Origin: an uncultured Rivularia sp.
GTDB lineage: Bacteria > Cyanobacteriota > Cyanobacteriia > Cyanobacteriales > Nostocaceae
DNA: 64,000 nt
Reading direction: 5' to 3'
Assembly (NCBI GenBank): GCA_963665115.1
Contig: OY762007.1
Location: 5,728,001-5,792,000, forward strand
Below the pieces are notes generated by a model. It saw only the letters and a program-made list of their open reading frames with translations, was not told the origin of the DNA and did no database searches. The position numbers and the translations under genes were made by a program. This document shows, piece after piece, positions 52,128 to 63,060 of the stretch (position 1 is its first letter; the number at the start of each line of letters is the position of its first letter).

Positions 52128-53879
52128 TTAACCGCTAAGCAATGCTTCCACAAATTCGTAACTGGAAAAAGGACGTAAATCTTCCATACCTTCACCAGCC
52201 CCGATAAAGCGAATCGGTAAACCTAGCTGTTGTACCACTGCAAGAGCAACTCCTCCTTTGGCAGTTCCATCTAGCTTTGTTAAAACTACACCGCTAAGTT
52301 CGGCCGCTTGAGAAAACACTTCCGCTTGTCGCAATCCATTTTGACCTAATGTAGCGTCTAGAACCAACAGTGATTCTACTTTGGCATCCGGAGCTTTTTT
52401 CTTGATTATTCGCCGGATTTTACTTAGTTCCTCCATTAAGTTTTTCTTATTCTGCAATCTTCCTGCGGTATCTACTAGTAATAATTCAGTATTTCGCGAC
52501 TGGGCAGCAGCGATTGCATCAAACACAACTGCTGCTGGATCTGTATTTTTCCCTGGGTTTGCAATTACTTCAACGCCGCTTCTTTCACCCCAAACCTTTA
52601 CCTGCTGCACTGCTGCGGCTCGGAAGGTATCTGCTGCGCCAATCAAACATTTATAACCAGATTTATTCGCCAGATGAGCTATTTTACCGATAGTAGTAGT
52701 TTTACCCGCACCATTTACCCCAGTCATCAACCAAATATTGAAACTTTCTTTATCTGGAGTAAAAGCAGGGGATTCGGAATCTTGCAGGGGTTTATCAAGG
52801 ATATCCCGTAGAATTTTTTTCAAGTAAGCGATACCTTCTTCAGGTGGTAAAGCTTCTTGACGTAGTTTTTCCTGCAAAGCATTAATAATATAATCAGTAG
52901 CTTCTATACCTACATCGGCTTGCAGTAATAAAGCTTCGATTTCATCTACGGCATCCGCATTTAAAGGTCCTTTTCCGACAATGGCTTTAAGCTGGTTAAC
53001 TACATTACGACGAGTTTTATCTAAACCTTGCCGCAGCTTTTTCAGCCAGTTAATTTCTTCAATCGAAACGTCTTCAGCACGTCTACCTTGTGCTGCAAGG
53101 ACTTCCGTAGACCATAAAAAGCCTTCATCAAATGCTAATTCTGGTGTTTCTTCAACTGCTTCAACTGGTTGTTCGCTGATGTTACTCGATAGCACTGCTG
53201 GCTGTTCTACCTCGGAAGTGTCAGGTACTTCTATTGCACTCTTCACAAGTCTTTCCTGCCTAGCTTCTCGTTCGGCTCTGGCTCTTTCCAAGAAAGATAA
53301 CGGTGCTGCTGGCTGCGATATTTCTTCCGTTTCGACTTCAGATATTACATCTTCCTTAATCACCTCTGCATCTGGTGTTTCTACTTCCGATACAGTAGTT
53401 GCCGTAGTTTCTTCTGTTTGCGGCTGTGTACTTTCTTCCACAACTTCTTCAGATTCAGAAATTACTTCAGTTGTTTCTTGAAGAGATTCGGTAACATCTT
53501 CAGATTCGGAAATTACCTCGGTTGTTTCTTGAGGAGATTGGGTGACTTCTTCAGATTCAGAAATTACCTCGGTTGTTTCTTGAAGAGATTCGGTAACATC
53601 TTCAGATTCGGAAATTACCTCGGTTGTTTCTTGAGGAGATTGGGTGACATCCTCAGATGTTTCTTCAACTTCAGCACTTACCTCAGTGGTTTGTTGCTTA
53701 TCTTGAATATTTTTGTAAGCAGCTTTAGCAAAAGCCAACAAATCTTCCGTCGTCTCAGCCGGAGGAGATTCTGGAGTTGATTCTGTACTTACTTCTTGTT
53801 CAATCTCTTGTTCCTGCTTCTGTTCGGAAGAAGCATCGGAAGACTTTTTGTTTTGACGGCGGAACCAATTAAAAACCAT
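52128..53879 (-). CDS. ftsY: Signal recognition particle docking protein with acidic N-terminal extension
   Basis: GVNGAGKTTT, DTFRAAA, DTAGR, TKLDGTAKGG. Confidence 0.97.
   Translation of the reverse strand: MVFNWFRRQNKKSSDASSEQKQEQEIEQEVSTESTPESPPAETTEDLLAFAKAAYKNIQDKQQTTEVSAEVEETSEDVTQSPQETTEVISESEDVTESLQETTEVISESEEVTQSPQETTEVISESEDVTESLQETTEVISESEEVVEESTQPQTEETTATTVSEVETPDAEVIKEDVISEVETEEISQPAAPLSFLERARAEREARQERLVKSAIEVPDTSEVEQPAVLSSNISEQPVEAVEETPELAFDEGFLWSTEVLAAQGRRAEDVSIEEINWLKKLRQGLDKTRRNVVNQLKAIVGKGPLNADAVDEIEALLLQADVGIEATDYIINALQEKLRQEALPPEEGIAYLKKILRDILDKPLQDSESPAFTPDKESFNIWLMTGVNGAGKTTTIGKIAHLANKSGYKCLIGAADTFRAAAVQQVKVWGERSGVEVIANPGKNTDPAAVVFDAIAAAQSRNTELLLVDTAGRLQNKKNLMEELSKIRRIIKKKAPDAKVESLLVLDATLGQNGLRQAEVFSQAAELSGVVLTKLDGTAKGGVALAVVQQLGLPIRFIGAGEGMEDLRPFSSYEFVEALLSG
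53444..53657 (-). repeat. Four tandem 51 bp coding repeats in the ftsY acidic domain
   Basis: EDVTQSPQETTEVISES / EDVTESLQETTEVISES alternating twice. Confidence 0.92.
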
Positions 53880-53944
53880 TGCAGCAAATAACGTCGGTTA
53901 TTAAATAACTTTAATTAATTATTATTAAACGAAAAGGGAAAGAG

Positions 53945-54130
53945 TGATGGGGGGGGGACAAGGAGAGAGGGGAGAGGGGGAAGAGGGGGAAGAGGGGGGA
54001 GAGAGGGTAGAGGGGGTAGAAAAAACTTTTTAATTATTAACTACTCGCTACTTACTACTTACTACTTACTACTTACTACTTACTACTTACTACTTACTAC
54101 TTACTACTCACAACTCCTAACTCCTAACTG
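53945..54130. repeat. STRR arrays (G/A-rich units and CTACTTA)
   Basis: Tandem CTACTTA heptamers and GAGGGGGAA units. Confidence 0.9.
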
Positions 54131-54131
54131 T

Positions 54132-54776
54132 TCACTGTTCGCTGGTTACTGTTCTCTGCTCGCTTACTCTACGTAAAACACCATTAATAAATCGATGCCC
54201 TTCTTCTCCACTGTAACGTTTGGCGAGTTCTACAGCTTCGTTGATTGCTATTCTTGAAGGAATGTCAAAAAACTCCATATCTACTACAGCTATACGGAGA
54301 ATGTCTCTGTCAATCTGAGCAAGCCGCTTGACTTGCCAATCTACTAAAGCAGTAGATATTATTTCATCTATAACTTCACCTTGTAAGGTAATTTTTTTGA
54401 TCAGATTGATCGCGTAATCATTTATTTCTTTGTATTCGCTGTTGGTTTCCTGACTCAGTTCGAGAAAATCCAACGTATAAGCCAATTTGTTAATTGCTGT
54501 ACGAGTATGTTCAATTGCTTCTTTAAGCATTGTTCTAGAAGTTTTTAAGTCCACAGCGCGAGTTTCGCTAGTTAAAAGACGGTCGTTACTGTGTTTTAAT
54601 TCGTCAGAAGCATTTTCTAAGCTATCTTTTATCTCGCTTCTTAGAGTACGTATTGCTCCAAGCACTAATTCCGGAAGTTGATCTTCTGTTAACTTTTTGG
54701 GACTTACAGGTAACTGAGAAAGGCTTAATAAAGCTAGTTCGCGAGCAATCTGACGAGGTTTACGGTGGTCTTGCAT
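54132..54776 (-). CDS. nusB: Transcription antitermination factor
   Basis: [46 protein letters not shown]. Confidence 0.95.
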   Translation of the reverse strand: MQDHRKPRQIARELALLSLSQLPVSPKKLTEDQLPELVLGAIRTLRSEIKDSLENASDELKHSNDRLLTSETRAVDLKTSRTMLKEAIEHTRTAINKLAYTLDFLELSQETNSEYKEINDYAINLIKKITLQGEVIDEIISTALVDWQVKRLAQIDRDILRIAVVDMEFFDIPSRIAINEAVELAKRYSGEEGHRFINGVLRRVSEQRTVTSEQ

Positions 54777-54998
54777 AGCAATATCAATATAATTCGTAAT
54801 GTAGCGGATATGTCCTCCAGAAACGATGAACCGCATTTTACGGTTATCGTTGACGCAAACCTAATTATGGGTAAAACAAAGGAAAATGTTTTTTGATAAA
54901 TTAGCTGTTTGCGCCTTTCTAGAATTAATTTGCCATAAAAATTAATCAGTACTGCTCAAAATACCACGCAACCGGGCACTGCGAGACAATATTAAACA

Positions 54999-55766
54999 TT
55001 AAGCTTCCTCAACGGGTATTACTTGCCGCTTTTTTTCTCGCGATTCCATTTTGCGTTCTTTAGGGATTTCTAAAGGAGGTAAAGGAGCCGCTTGAGAAAC
55101 TATGCCACCAGATATTAATATTTTGAACGCCTCTTCTATGGACATTGATAGATTAACCACGTCTTTCTCCGGAACCACTGCATACCATCCCGTAGTGGGA
55201 TTAGGAGTAGTGGGAATAAAAACGCTTAACATCGCTTCAGGCATTTTGGCTTGAATATCGCTATTGACGTTACCCGTTACAAAGGCGATCGCCCACATTC
55301 CCGCTCGCGGATACTCTACCAAAATTACGCGACGAAATTTATTATTAGTATCTTTTAATAGCGTTTCTAAAAGCTGCTTAAGGGTTTTATAAATCTGTCC
55401 GGCTAAAGGAATTGCTTGTAATAAGCGCTCTCCGAAATCAAGCAACCATTTACCCGCAATATTGCGAGCCATCAAGCCAATTAAAAGGATACTTAGTAGT
55501 GGTACCGTAAATCCCACTACAAAATTTAATACATTAATTAATAGAGGGTTTAACCCCTCAAAAGGATTGAGTTGTTTGGGTATTTGAGTAAGAAAATCAA
55601 TTACCCAAATAGCAATAGTAACTGTTAACCAAATAGTGGTTGCTAAAGGAATTATTACCAGCAAACCAGCAATTAGGTCATTTTTTAGGTCTTGCTTCCA
55701 GCGTTCGTAGCCCAAGCCCTTATTCTCCTTAATACGGCTATTGGAATTTCTGTTATTAACATTCAT
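54999..55766 (-). CDS. DUF502 membrane protein
   Basis: LIAGLLVIIPLATT, VILVEYPR, VFIPTTPNPTTG. Confidence 0.92.
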   Translation of the reverse strand: MNVNNRNSNSRIKENKGLGYERWKQDLKNDLIAGLLVIIPLATTIWLTVTIAIWVIDFLTQIPKQLNPFEGLNPLLINVLNFVVGFTVPLLSILLIGLMARNIAGKWLLDFGERLLQAIPLAGQIYKTLKQLLETLLKDTNNKFRRVILVEYPRAGMWAIAFVTGNVNSDIQAKMPEAMLSVFIPTTPNPTTGWYAVVPEKDVVNLSMSIEEAFKILISGGIVSQAAPLPPLEIPKERKMESREKKRQVIPVEEA

Positions 55767-56401
55767 ACCAACTTGCTTCGTCCAATTGCTCTGAGTATTT
55801 GCTTTTTTTAGCTGCACACCCGTTTTCGGCTGCTTGCCTAACTGCCTGTATTATCAATACAAGAATATTGGCAATGAATCATGGACTTGATAATTATATT
55901 GCCTCTCTACACCATAAAATTACAGCCATTGCCTTTGATTAGACAAAAAAAGATTAAATGACAAACCGCTTTCTGAATTCATGAAAACACATTTCACCAA
56001 GCTGCACCAATAAGAAGTCCTAGCAGGCGGCTAATTAATCCACCATACACCTGAATTTATTTTTAAGACTTGTAAACGAATGTTGCAACTCATAAGGCAT
56101 ATTATTAATACTACCGCGCCCTTCAAAATACTGCTTGCCACATCAGCAAAGGCAGCAAAAGCGCTTCCACACTAGTTTTATCTCGCCGAAAACTTCCCCA
56201 TCAAGACCGATGACTATTCTGAAAAAAGTCGTTAAATACATTAATTTATATTAAATGTAGCATTTTGAACAGTGAACAGTTAGGAGTTAGGAGTAGTAAG
56301 TAGCGAGTAGCGAGTAGCGAGTCAAGAGTAATAAATAGCTGGAAAATAAAACTTTTTACTCACTACTCTTTACTCTTTACTCACTACTCTAAAATTTCCC
56401 A

Positions 56402-57265
56402 TCACCCCATCTCTCTAACTGTTAACTGCTCGCTGCTCACTGCTCTAGGCGTAGGCATATGCTTCATTTCCCAGGCTTTGAGCATGATTAAGTATTCGTA
56501 GAAAGCTTGTAAGGTACACCATGTGAATCCGGCGCGTCCGTCTAAGCAGCCTCCAAGGAGGAAATACATATAAAAGAATCGTACCAAAGGTCTACCGGGT
56601 ACTCGTAATGATAAATTTTTAAGAGCGCGACGACGTTCTACTTCTGTTTTGCCAAAAAATAAATCGCGCCAGTTGACGCTTCCTTTTTCTAATTGATGCA
56701 ATGTTTCTTTCGCTTCGTCGGTGGAATAACGGTTATGCTTGTCAATCCACCGGCTCAAGCCTTTCCCAGAAGTGTAATGAGGATAAGTTTCTTTTAAAAA
56801 GCTGGTATTTCCTTCACAGACTTCTCTTTCGGTATGACCGTAATCAGTAAACCATACTTTCCCATGACGGAAAAGACGCAGTTGATAACGGGGATATTGA
56901 GTACTGTGACGAATCCAAGTGTTCATAAACATTACCCGTTCGGCTGCGTAATATCCGATATAATCTGGGCTTTTTGTTGCTTCCACACACTCAGCAAACA
57001 ACTCTGGTGTCATACGTTCATCCGCTTCGAGAATATAAACCCAGTCATACTTTGGGGATATATTTTCTAACATCCAAGTACGTTGCTTACCGTGACTTTC
57101 AAAAGCGTGTTCCACAACCCGAACCGGATATCTATTTGCGATTTCCACAGTGCGATCGCTACTTACCGAATCCACCACAATAATGTCATCCGACACCATA
57201 GCCGACTCAATACAAGCAGCAATATCCAACTCTTCATTATAGGTCAATATGTAAATAGTAATCAT
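56402..57265 (-). CDS. Glycosyltransferase family 2 at the end of the hps locus (possibly HpsK by position)
   Basis: ILTYNEE, IIVVDSVSSDRT, ILEADER, GCLDGRAG. Confidence 0.9.
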   Translation of the reverse strand: MITIYILTYNEELDIAACIESAMVSDDIIVVDSVSSDRTVEIANRYPVRVVEHAFESHGKQRTWMLENISPKYDWVYILEADERMTPELFAECVEATKSPDYIGYYAAERVMFMNTWIRHSTQYPRYQLRLFRHGKVWFTDYGHTEREVCEGNTSFLKETYPHYTSGKGLSRWIDKHNRYSTDEAKETLHQLEKGSVNWRDLFFGKTEVERRRALKNLSLRVPGRPLVRFFYMYFLLGGCLDGRAGFTWCTLQAFYEYLIMLKAWEMKHMPTPRAVSSEQLTVREMG

Positions 57266-57456
57266 TTAGATAGTAGTAAATATGTATAAATAATAAAAAA
57301 TTGGAAATAGGGAATAGGGAATAGGGGATTGGGCATTGGGGATCGGAATTTTGGATTTTAGATTTTGGATTATTCAGGAGTTATGAATTTTAAATTTTTA
57401 CCCCTCTACCCCCTCTACCCACTCTTCCCCCTCTCTCCCCATCCCCCGATCTCTCC

Positions 57457-58296
57457 TCAACGTGCGGTAGCTTTACGCTTCCCACCACCGCTTGTTGCAC
57501 CTTTACTTCTTAATCCAGTCCAACCGATAACTATGTAGCCAATGGAAAGCAGTAAGCTACTCATGCTAACTCGCAATCCAGACTTCCAAGCCGATTGCTT
57601 GGCTCTGTCTACAGCCGCTTCTTTGTCTCCGCGAATTTGAGCTAAGCGTTGACTTGCTATTTTTGTTGGATCGCTTTGGTCAGCAATAAATGCATCAAGG
57701 GCTTTCGGATCGGCCTTAAACTGCTTGAGTAATTCTTTTTGTGTTTCTGGAATTCTATTATTTTCTAACGCTTCCTTGTATTTTGTATCGTCTTTAAGCA
57801 AGTCAGTGAACTGAGCTTTGATTTGGGCTTTTTGTTTTTCTATCTGAGCTTTTGCTTCAGGAGTATTTAATCTCTGTTGCACCTGCTCTAGCTGACCTTG
57901 AACTTGATTTTCTGCATCCTGCGCTCTTGCAGTTACTTGTGCAATATTGCGATCGCTAATTTGTTTAACGCTGTTGAGATGCAGTGGGAAAAATAGCAAG
58001 AAAATCAGACCTAAGATACTTGACAAGATTAATGCTGGGAATCTTAAATCGACACCTGACGGACTAGAATCATCAAAACTATCAACCCAATGTCCCGCGA
58101 ATAGCATACCCATGCCTACCAAAGGCACGATTCCTCGGTCAACCGACCCGGTTATTAACCCAACTAGCCATGCATTATCAGTTGGTTTGGGGGGAAATGA
58201 AAGTATTAAAATGTCAACTATAAAGGACAAAATTAAGATTATCCCTACCACTTTCAAAGTGCGGGAAGTATTTACAGTAGCCAAACGATTAACCAT
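57457..58296 (-). CDS. hpsJ: HpsJ family membrane protein
   Basis: VDRGIVPLVG, FPLHLN, TM-coiled coil-TM layout; position in hps locus. Confidence 0.8.
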   Translation of the reverse strand: MVNRLATVNTSRTLKVVGIILILSFIVDILILSFPPKPTDNAWLVGLITGSVDRGIVPLVGMGMLFAGHWVDSFDDSSPSGVDLRFPALILSSILGLIFLLFFPLHLNSVKQISDRNIAQVTARAQDAENQVQGQLEQVQQRLNTPEAKAQIEKQKAQIKAQFTDLLKDDTKYKEALENNRIPETQKELLKQFKADPKALDAFIADQSDPTKIASQRLAQIRGDKEAAVDRAKQSAWKSGLRVSMSSLLLSIGYIVIGWTGLRSKGATSGGGKRKATAR

Positions 58297-58606
58297 CTTT
58301 TTAGTCTCGTATTCAATAAAGTACGATCGTCCTACATTAAGTTACTCGAATATTGTTGCCAATACTCTAGCTACTGTTGATAAATAAAGTAGGCTCAATA
58401 CAGGTGGAAATTTTAACACCTATGTTCGAGATTACACCACAGTAGCAAAGGTTATTTCACCTGTCTTCGGCAAATTTTCGTACAGCGAGCAGTGAGTAGT
58501 AAGTAGGAAGTAGGAAGTAGGGAGTAGGGAGTAGGGGAAAGGGGAACACACTTATTTATGTTCGCAACCGATAATTGTTAATTGTTAACTGCTCACTGTT
58601 AACTGC

Positions 58607-59293
58607 TCACTGATAACTGTTCTGCCAAATTGGTAAATCCTCCGGTCGGTCTACATCAGCTAAGGTTCGCAAAGAAGCAACGGATAAATTAAGTTGCTCC
58701 GCAATATCCACAGTTTGTTGTAATACCTTGGCGGTTCCCCAGTCTATGTTAATAAATAATTGTCCGAAGGCACGCTTTAAACCAATTAGATAATAGCCGC
58801 CATCAACAGCAGGACCGAGTAATAAGTCGCAATTCGGAATTTTTTCAAAGGCTTCTGCTAACACTTGATTATTGACACCGGGACAATCAATGCCGATGAT
58901 AACTACTTCTTGGGCACCTTGATTAAAGGCATTCAAAAAAGAGTTTTCCATACGCTTTCCTAAGTCACCATCTCCTTGAAGTTGGTAATTCAATTCTGTT
59001 CCCAACCAGTTTTGCATCAGTTGTAAATCGCCACCTGCAAACCTAATTTCAAAGGATATTGCAGCCTCCAATTGAAATTTTTTGACTTTAGATAAAGTGA
59101 ATTCCGTCATTTGTCGTTGGAGATTTGCAGCACCTTCGACTCCCAAAGCTGGTATCAATCGGGTTTTCGTTTTACCAGGTTGGGGATAGCGCGTAAAAAT
59201 AATTAAATGTTTTTTAGCAATGTTGGGTGAGCTAGCCACAGAGGATATCTTGTAGGATGTGTTAGCGACAGCGTAACGCACCATTATTAACAA
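58607..59293 (-). CDS. DUF2064 / TIGR04282-type GT-A-fold transferase (start uncertain)
   Basis: IIFTRYPQPGKTKTRL, QGDGDLGKRM, IGIDCP, GPAVDGGYYLIG, DVDRPEDL. Confidence 0.88.
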   Translation of the reverse strand: MLIMVRYAVANTSYKISSVASSPNIAKKHLIIFTRYPQPGKTKTRLIPALGVEGAANLQRQMTEFTLSKVKKFQLEAAISFEIRFAGGDLQLMQNWLGTELNYQLQGDGDLGKRMENSFLNAFNQGAQEVVIIGIDCPGVNNQVLAEAFEKIPNCDLLLGPAVDGGYYLIGLKRAFGQLFINIDWGTAKVLQQTVDIAEQLNLSVASLRTLADVDRPEDLPIWQNSYQ

Positions 59294-59452
59294 TGTAGAG
59301 ACGTAGCAGTGCTACGTCTCCCCGTATTTACGGTTGTATCCAGAATTTAGTAAGAGTCTAAGTATTTATGAAAAAACCGGATACAAGTAAAAAAGCCTGG
59401 ATATATAAATAGGCGGGCAGGGATGCCCACCCCACAAGATTAATGAATCATT

Positions 59453-59992
59453 TTAATAACAATAATCGCCATCTTTAGGTTTATCGCGCTCTTTTGCAGT
59501 TCGCATTGCTCCTAAAATTGTAGAAATATAGACGCACCGTTTAGCTTTACCGCCATTTTTACTAGATAAAGTGATTCTTCCTAAAGGTGGTTTTTTGACA
59601 GTACCTCTGTAATCAAACTGAATATGTCTGACGTTAGTTGATGTTCGTAAAAGCAAAGTAGTTTCTTCATCCAAAACTACGTTAGAGTCCAAACTATTCC
59701 AGTTGGCATTATTTGGGTTTACCGTCTCACGATGAACTGCCCACTGAACAATATCTTCTTTCTCGCGAAGACTGAATTGCCAAGTGGTTTTAGTTCTTTG
59801 GGCTTCTCGTTTGGCACGACGTAAAGCTAGATGAACTCGATCGGAAGCACTATTCAGCCGACGAGTATTGATAAAAGCCAGCCAAGAAGGAGCCGCAGAA
59901 GCAGATAATATACCGATAGCTGCAATAACTACCAACACTTCGAGCAAAGTAAAGCCACTGCTAGAATTATTATTCCAATGTTTATTAAACAT
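59453..59992 (-). CDS. Type IV pilin-like / pseudopilin of the hps locus
   Basis: Prepilin motif GFTLLEVLVV; C-terminal KRCV..LGAMRT..C. Confidence 0.9.
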   Translation of the reverse strand: MFNKHWNNNSSSGFTLLEVLVVIAAIGILSASAAPSWLAFINTRRLNSASDRVHLALRRAKREAQRTKTTWQFSLREKEDIVQWAVHRETVNPNNANWNSLDSNVVLDEETTLLLRTSTNVRHIQFDYRGTVKKPPLGRITLSSKNGGKAKRCVYISTILGAMRTAKERDKPKDGDYCY

Positions 59993-60042
59993 TTAATGAT
60001 TGGATAAATGCACCACGCTGGTAGATACAGTGCTGATAACTC

Positions 60043-60158
60043 GCCGACACCCTCAAGGGTGCGGCTACACCTACTAAGTCCGGCGGACTATAAAAAATCT
60101 TTAAGCCCACGAAGGTGGGCTTTGTAACTGTAGCCCCACCCATAAGCGGGTGAGGGCT
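60043..60158. repeat. Dispersed palindromic repeat between hpsE and the pseudopilin
   Basis: CACCCTCAAGGGTG, AGTCCGGCGGACT, AAGCCCACGAAGGTGGGCTT hairpins; GGCTACA..TGTAGCC outer arms. Confidence 0.65.
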
Positions 60159-60172
60159 TTAGAAGATTTATG

Positions 60173-61144
60173 TTACCCTTCAATTTTATTCTTAAAATAG
60201 CCGTTTCTCCACAGATAAAAAGGGCTAATTAAACTATTCACAAATAACTGCATTTCGCAAGCTGCAACTAAATCTGTTTTAACTTTTTTACCGTGTTTAA
60301 ATAGATGAAATAAAATTTTTCGTAAGTCGTTTGCCATGTAAGCTAATATTGCTGCTGGCTTTAAATATGGTTTGATATCAACCATTCTGGTGACGTAGCG
60401 GCTTAATCCAATTCCTTTGAAGAAGGGGAATAAATATTCTTTTTGCAAGCGCCATCTGGGGATTTGATGGTAAATTTCCATTTCTGGGTTGTACCAAATT
60501 TGCCAATTTGATTGCTTGATGTAAGACAGCATTTCGGTGTCTTCGCCGGTGAGCATATTACCGTTAGCTCTGCCGGTTAAAACTAATTTTTCGGGTATGG
60601 TTTCTAACCACGCTTGTTTGCGAATAACTATTCCTGCTGAAGGGGGTAATAGTTTGCTTTTTGGTAGGTAAAGTAAGGGTATATTACCTCTTTCGGTAAT
60701 TGCTAAAAATGGCGCGATACGCTGAAAATTTTCTGGTGGCTCAACTTCCCAGTTGGCGTGGATTTGACTGGCGATCGCCCCGGCTTTAGGATATTTTTGA
60801 GCGAATTCATGAGCAGAAGCAACCCAGTTTGAGACGGGATAGTTATCGTCATCGAGGAAGCCGATAATTTCACCTTTGGCTTCAGCTACTCCTCTCTCGC
60901 GGGCATATGCTGCGCCTTGTTTGGGTTCAAAGCTGTATTTTAAAGGAAAGGGATGTTGCCAATTTTTTTGATATTGTTTTACAACATCTGCCGTGTTATC
61001 GGTGCTGTTGTTATCGACAACAATAATTTCCCAAGAGATATTTTCGGTATGCAGTTGATTTTGCAGTCTTTGTAAAACTTCGGGTAATCGAGTAGCACCG
61101 TTGTATGTCGGGATAGCTACGGTAAAGTTTATGCACTCTGTCAT
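60173..61144 (-). CDS. hpsE: Hormogonium polysaccharide glycosyltransferase (GT2)
   Basis: FTVAIPTYNGA.RLP, GFLDDDNYP, RIAPFLAITERG, GEDTE; immediately after the pseudopilins. Confidence 0.85.
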   Translation of the reverse strand: MTECINFTVAIPTYNGATRLPEVLQRLQNQLHTENISWEIIVVDNNSTDNTADVVKQYQKNWQHPFPLKYSFEPKQGAAYARERGVAEAKGEIIGFLDDDNYPVSNWVASAHEFAQKYPKAGAIASQIHANWEVEPPENFQRIAPFLAITERGNIPLLYLPKSKLLPPSAGIVIRKQAWLETIPEKLVLTGRANGNMLTGEDTEMLSYIKQSNWQIWYNPEMEIYHQIPRWRLQKEYLFPFFKGIGLSRYVTRMVDIKPYLKPAAILAYMANDLRKILFHLFKHGKKVKTDLVAACEMQLFVNSLISPFYLWRNGYFKNKIEG

Positions 61145-61273
61145 AGCGCTTTAAGTGTTTATTTTTAAGTTATGTGTTTGATGGTAGATGAAAATAGAAA
61201 TATAAAACTGCACCCGGTGTATTAATTTTCCTCTTTTGGGTGCAGTTGTTGCGTCAGTATTTTTGTTGATTTT

Positions 61274-61960
61274 TTACCACGTGCTGTTTTTTCTATCGCA
61301 ATCCTCGTTTTTTGCAGTTCGTATTCCTCCTATGAATGTTTCTACTATGACGCAGCGTTTTACATTGGTAGGTTGCTTTTGGTTACTTCTCGAAGTCTTA
61401 GGTGTTGCTAAGACAATTTTGAAAGGTAGTTTAGCATCTCTAGGTAGAGTCCCAGCGTAATCAAATGCAATTGTTTTATAGCCAGAAAGAGATTTTACTG
61501 TATCACCGTCACCTTCATTTTTATCCTTAAGATTAGTACCTAATACAAATTGATTAGACTTTATTTCTAAATCTTCACCTACAGACTTCCAGAACTTATC
61601 ATCAACTATAGAAGGTTCAATAGAATCTCGGTGAACAACAATTTTTGTAGCTTTATCTCTACTATCAATTTTAAAACTGACGCTGTACGTAAGTTTTGTT
61701 TTTTTAGCTTGTCGTTGTGCTTCTTGCACTGCTGCAAAAACTACATCGTTAGCTTTGTTAAGTCGCTGTCTGGCAACAAAACTAAGCCAACTTGGTGCGG
61801 CTATTGCTGAAAGAATACCGACCATTACTATTACTACTAAAACTTCTATTAAGGTAAAACCAGAAGTATGTGAATATAAGTAAGAAGATATTTTTAATTT
61901 TTTACCCACTATCTCTAAAGGGTTTATTTCTGAATCTTTTCGTAAAAATTGCTTATACAT
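61274..61960 (-). CDS. Type IV pilin-like / pseudopilin (HpsD position)
   Basis: GFTLIEVLVV..IAAPSWLSF..KRCVIVETFIGG. Confidence 0.9.
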   Translation of the reverse strand: MYKQFLRKDSEINPLEIVGKKLKISSYLYSHTSGFTLIEVLVVIVMVGILSAIAAPSWLSFVARQRLNKANDVVFAAVQEAQRQAKKTKLTYSVSFKIDSRDKATKIVVHRDSIEPSIVDDKFWKSVGEDLEIKSNQFVLGTNLKDKNEGDGDTVKSLSGYKTIAFDYAGTLPRDAKLPFKIVLATPKTSRSNQKQPTNVKRCVIVETFIGGIRTAKNEDCDRKNSTW

Positions 61961-62087
61961 AGTGGGCTTCTATTAATTGTTATAAAAATTGTAATTTTAA
62001 ATAAATTGATATATTTTAGTCCAAAGCATGACCATTATTCTTTATTAAAATTTATCAAATATTTAAGCTATTTTTTTATTCAAGCTT

Positions 62088-63029
62088 TTACTTAGTAAAC
62101 AAAAATCCACGTCCTTCTACTGTTGTTGTTACTTGAGGAAAATAGCTTTTTTTATTTTCATTAAAATCAAAGTTATTGTTTTGAATACGAGCAAGAGCGT
62201 TTCCACGTATATGAACTTCTGCAACAGTATCTTTTGAATCTACACATACATAAAAACCACGTGTTTTTATATCACCAGTAGCAAGAGAATCTCCAGATCC
62301 TGAGAATTGTGGTACCAGTTGATATTCACTATTAGAGCAAGTCGGCACTTGACTATTATTAATAACTTTCGTTTGGTCGATGTAATCAACTAAAGTTAAA
62401 ACTTCTTGTGTATAAGTTTCGCCAGCCTTTTTCGTCCAATTGTTCATTTTGGTTTGAAGTTCGCCTTCGTCTTGAAGATCAAACATTTGAAAACCCTTGT
62501 CTCTAGTATCATCTATATCTTTTGAATCCTCTCCAAAGCCGTTACTAATTTGAAATCGGCCAATTCGAGCAGCATTAGACCATGTTGAATCATTGTCTTT
62601 AATTAAGTAATAGGCAACTAAAGAGTAGGCGAAGGTATCATCTACCTCACCCTTTGCAATAGTAAGCCCTTTTGGAATAAATTGCCGTTTCCAGAAGACA
62701 AGAACGGGAAAGTAATTATTTTTTTCATTGTATTTAGGCAATTGCTGTCTAATTTTCTTAATGCCATCGGCATCATATATATAAACTGACTGCTTTAAAT
62801 CTCTTGCAATATAGTCAAGTGCTGCTTTAATTTCTTGCTCTGAATTTACCTTAGCTTGTTCTCTACGGTCTGTGTCTAAAATGTTAACCATAAATCCTAG
62901 CAAAGGAGTTAGTACCAAAGCTGCTAGAATCATGGCTACCAATAATTCAATTAAGGTAAATCCACTTGATTTTCGTTTAACTGGAGAGCATTTTAGCTGC
63001 TTACTTGAAAGCCCTTTTAATGTACTCAT
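62088..63029 (-). CDS. hpsC: Hormogonium polysaccharide pseudopilin
   Basis: GFTLIELLVAM, ALDYIARDLKQSVYIYD, PVLVFWKR, IRGNALARI. Confidence 0.85.
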   Translation of the reverse strand: MSTLKGLSSKQLKCSPVKRKSSGFTLIELLVAMILAALVLTPLLGFMVNILDTDRREQAKVNSEQEIKAALDYIARDLKQSVYIYDADGIKKIRQQLPKYNEKNNYFPVLVFWKRQFIPKGLTIAKGEVDDTFAYSLVAYYLIKDNDSTWSNAARIGRFQISNGFGEDSKDIDDTRDKGFQMFDLQDEGELQTKMNNWTKKAGETYTQEVLTLVDYIDQTKVINNSQVPTCSNSEYQLVPQFSGSGDSLATGDIKTRGFYVCVDSKDTVAEVHIRGNALARIQNNNFDFNENKKSYFPQVTTTVEGRGFLFTK

Positions 63030-63060
63030 GATGATTAATTGTTGCCTTACAGTTCAAGAT

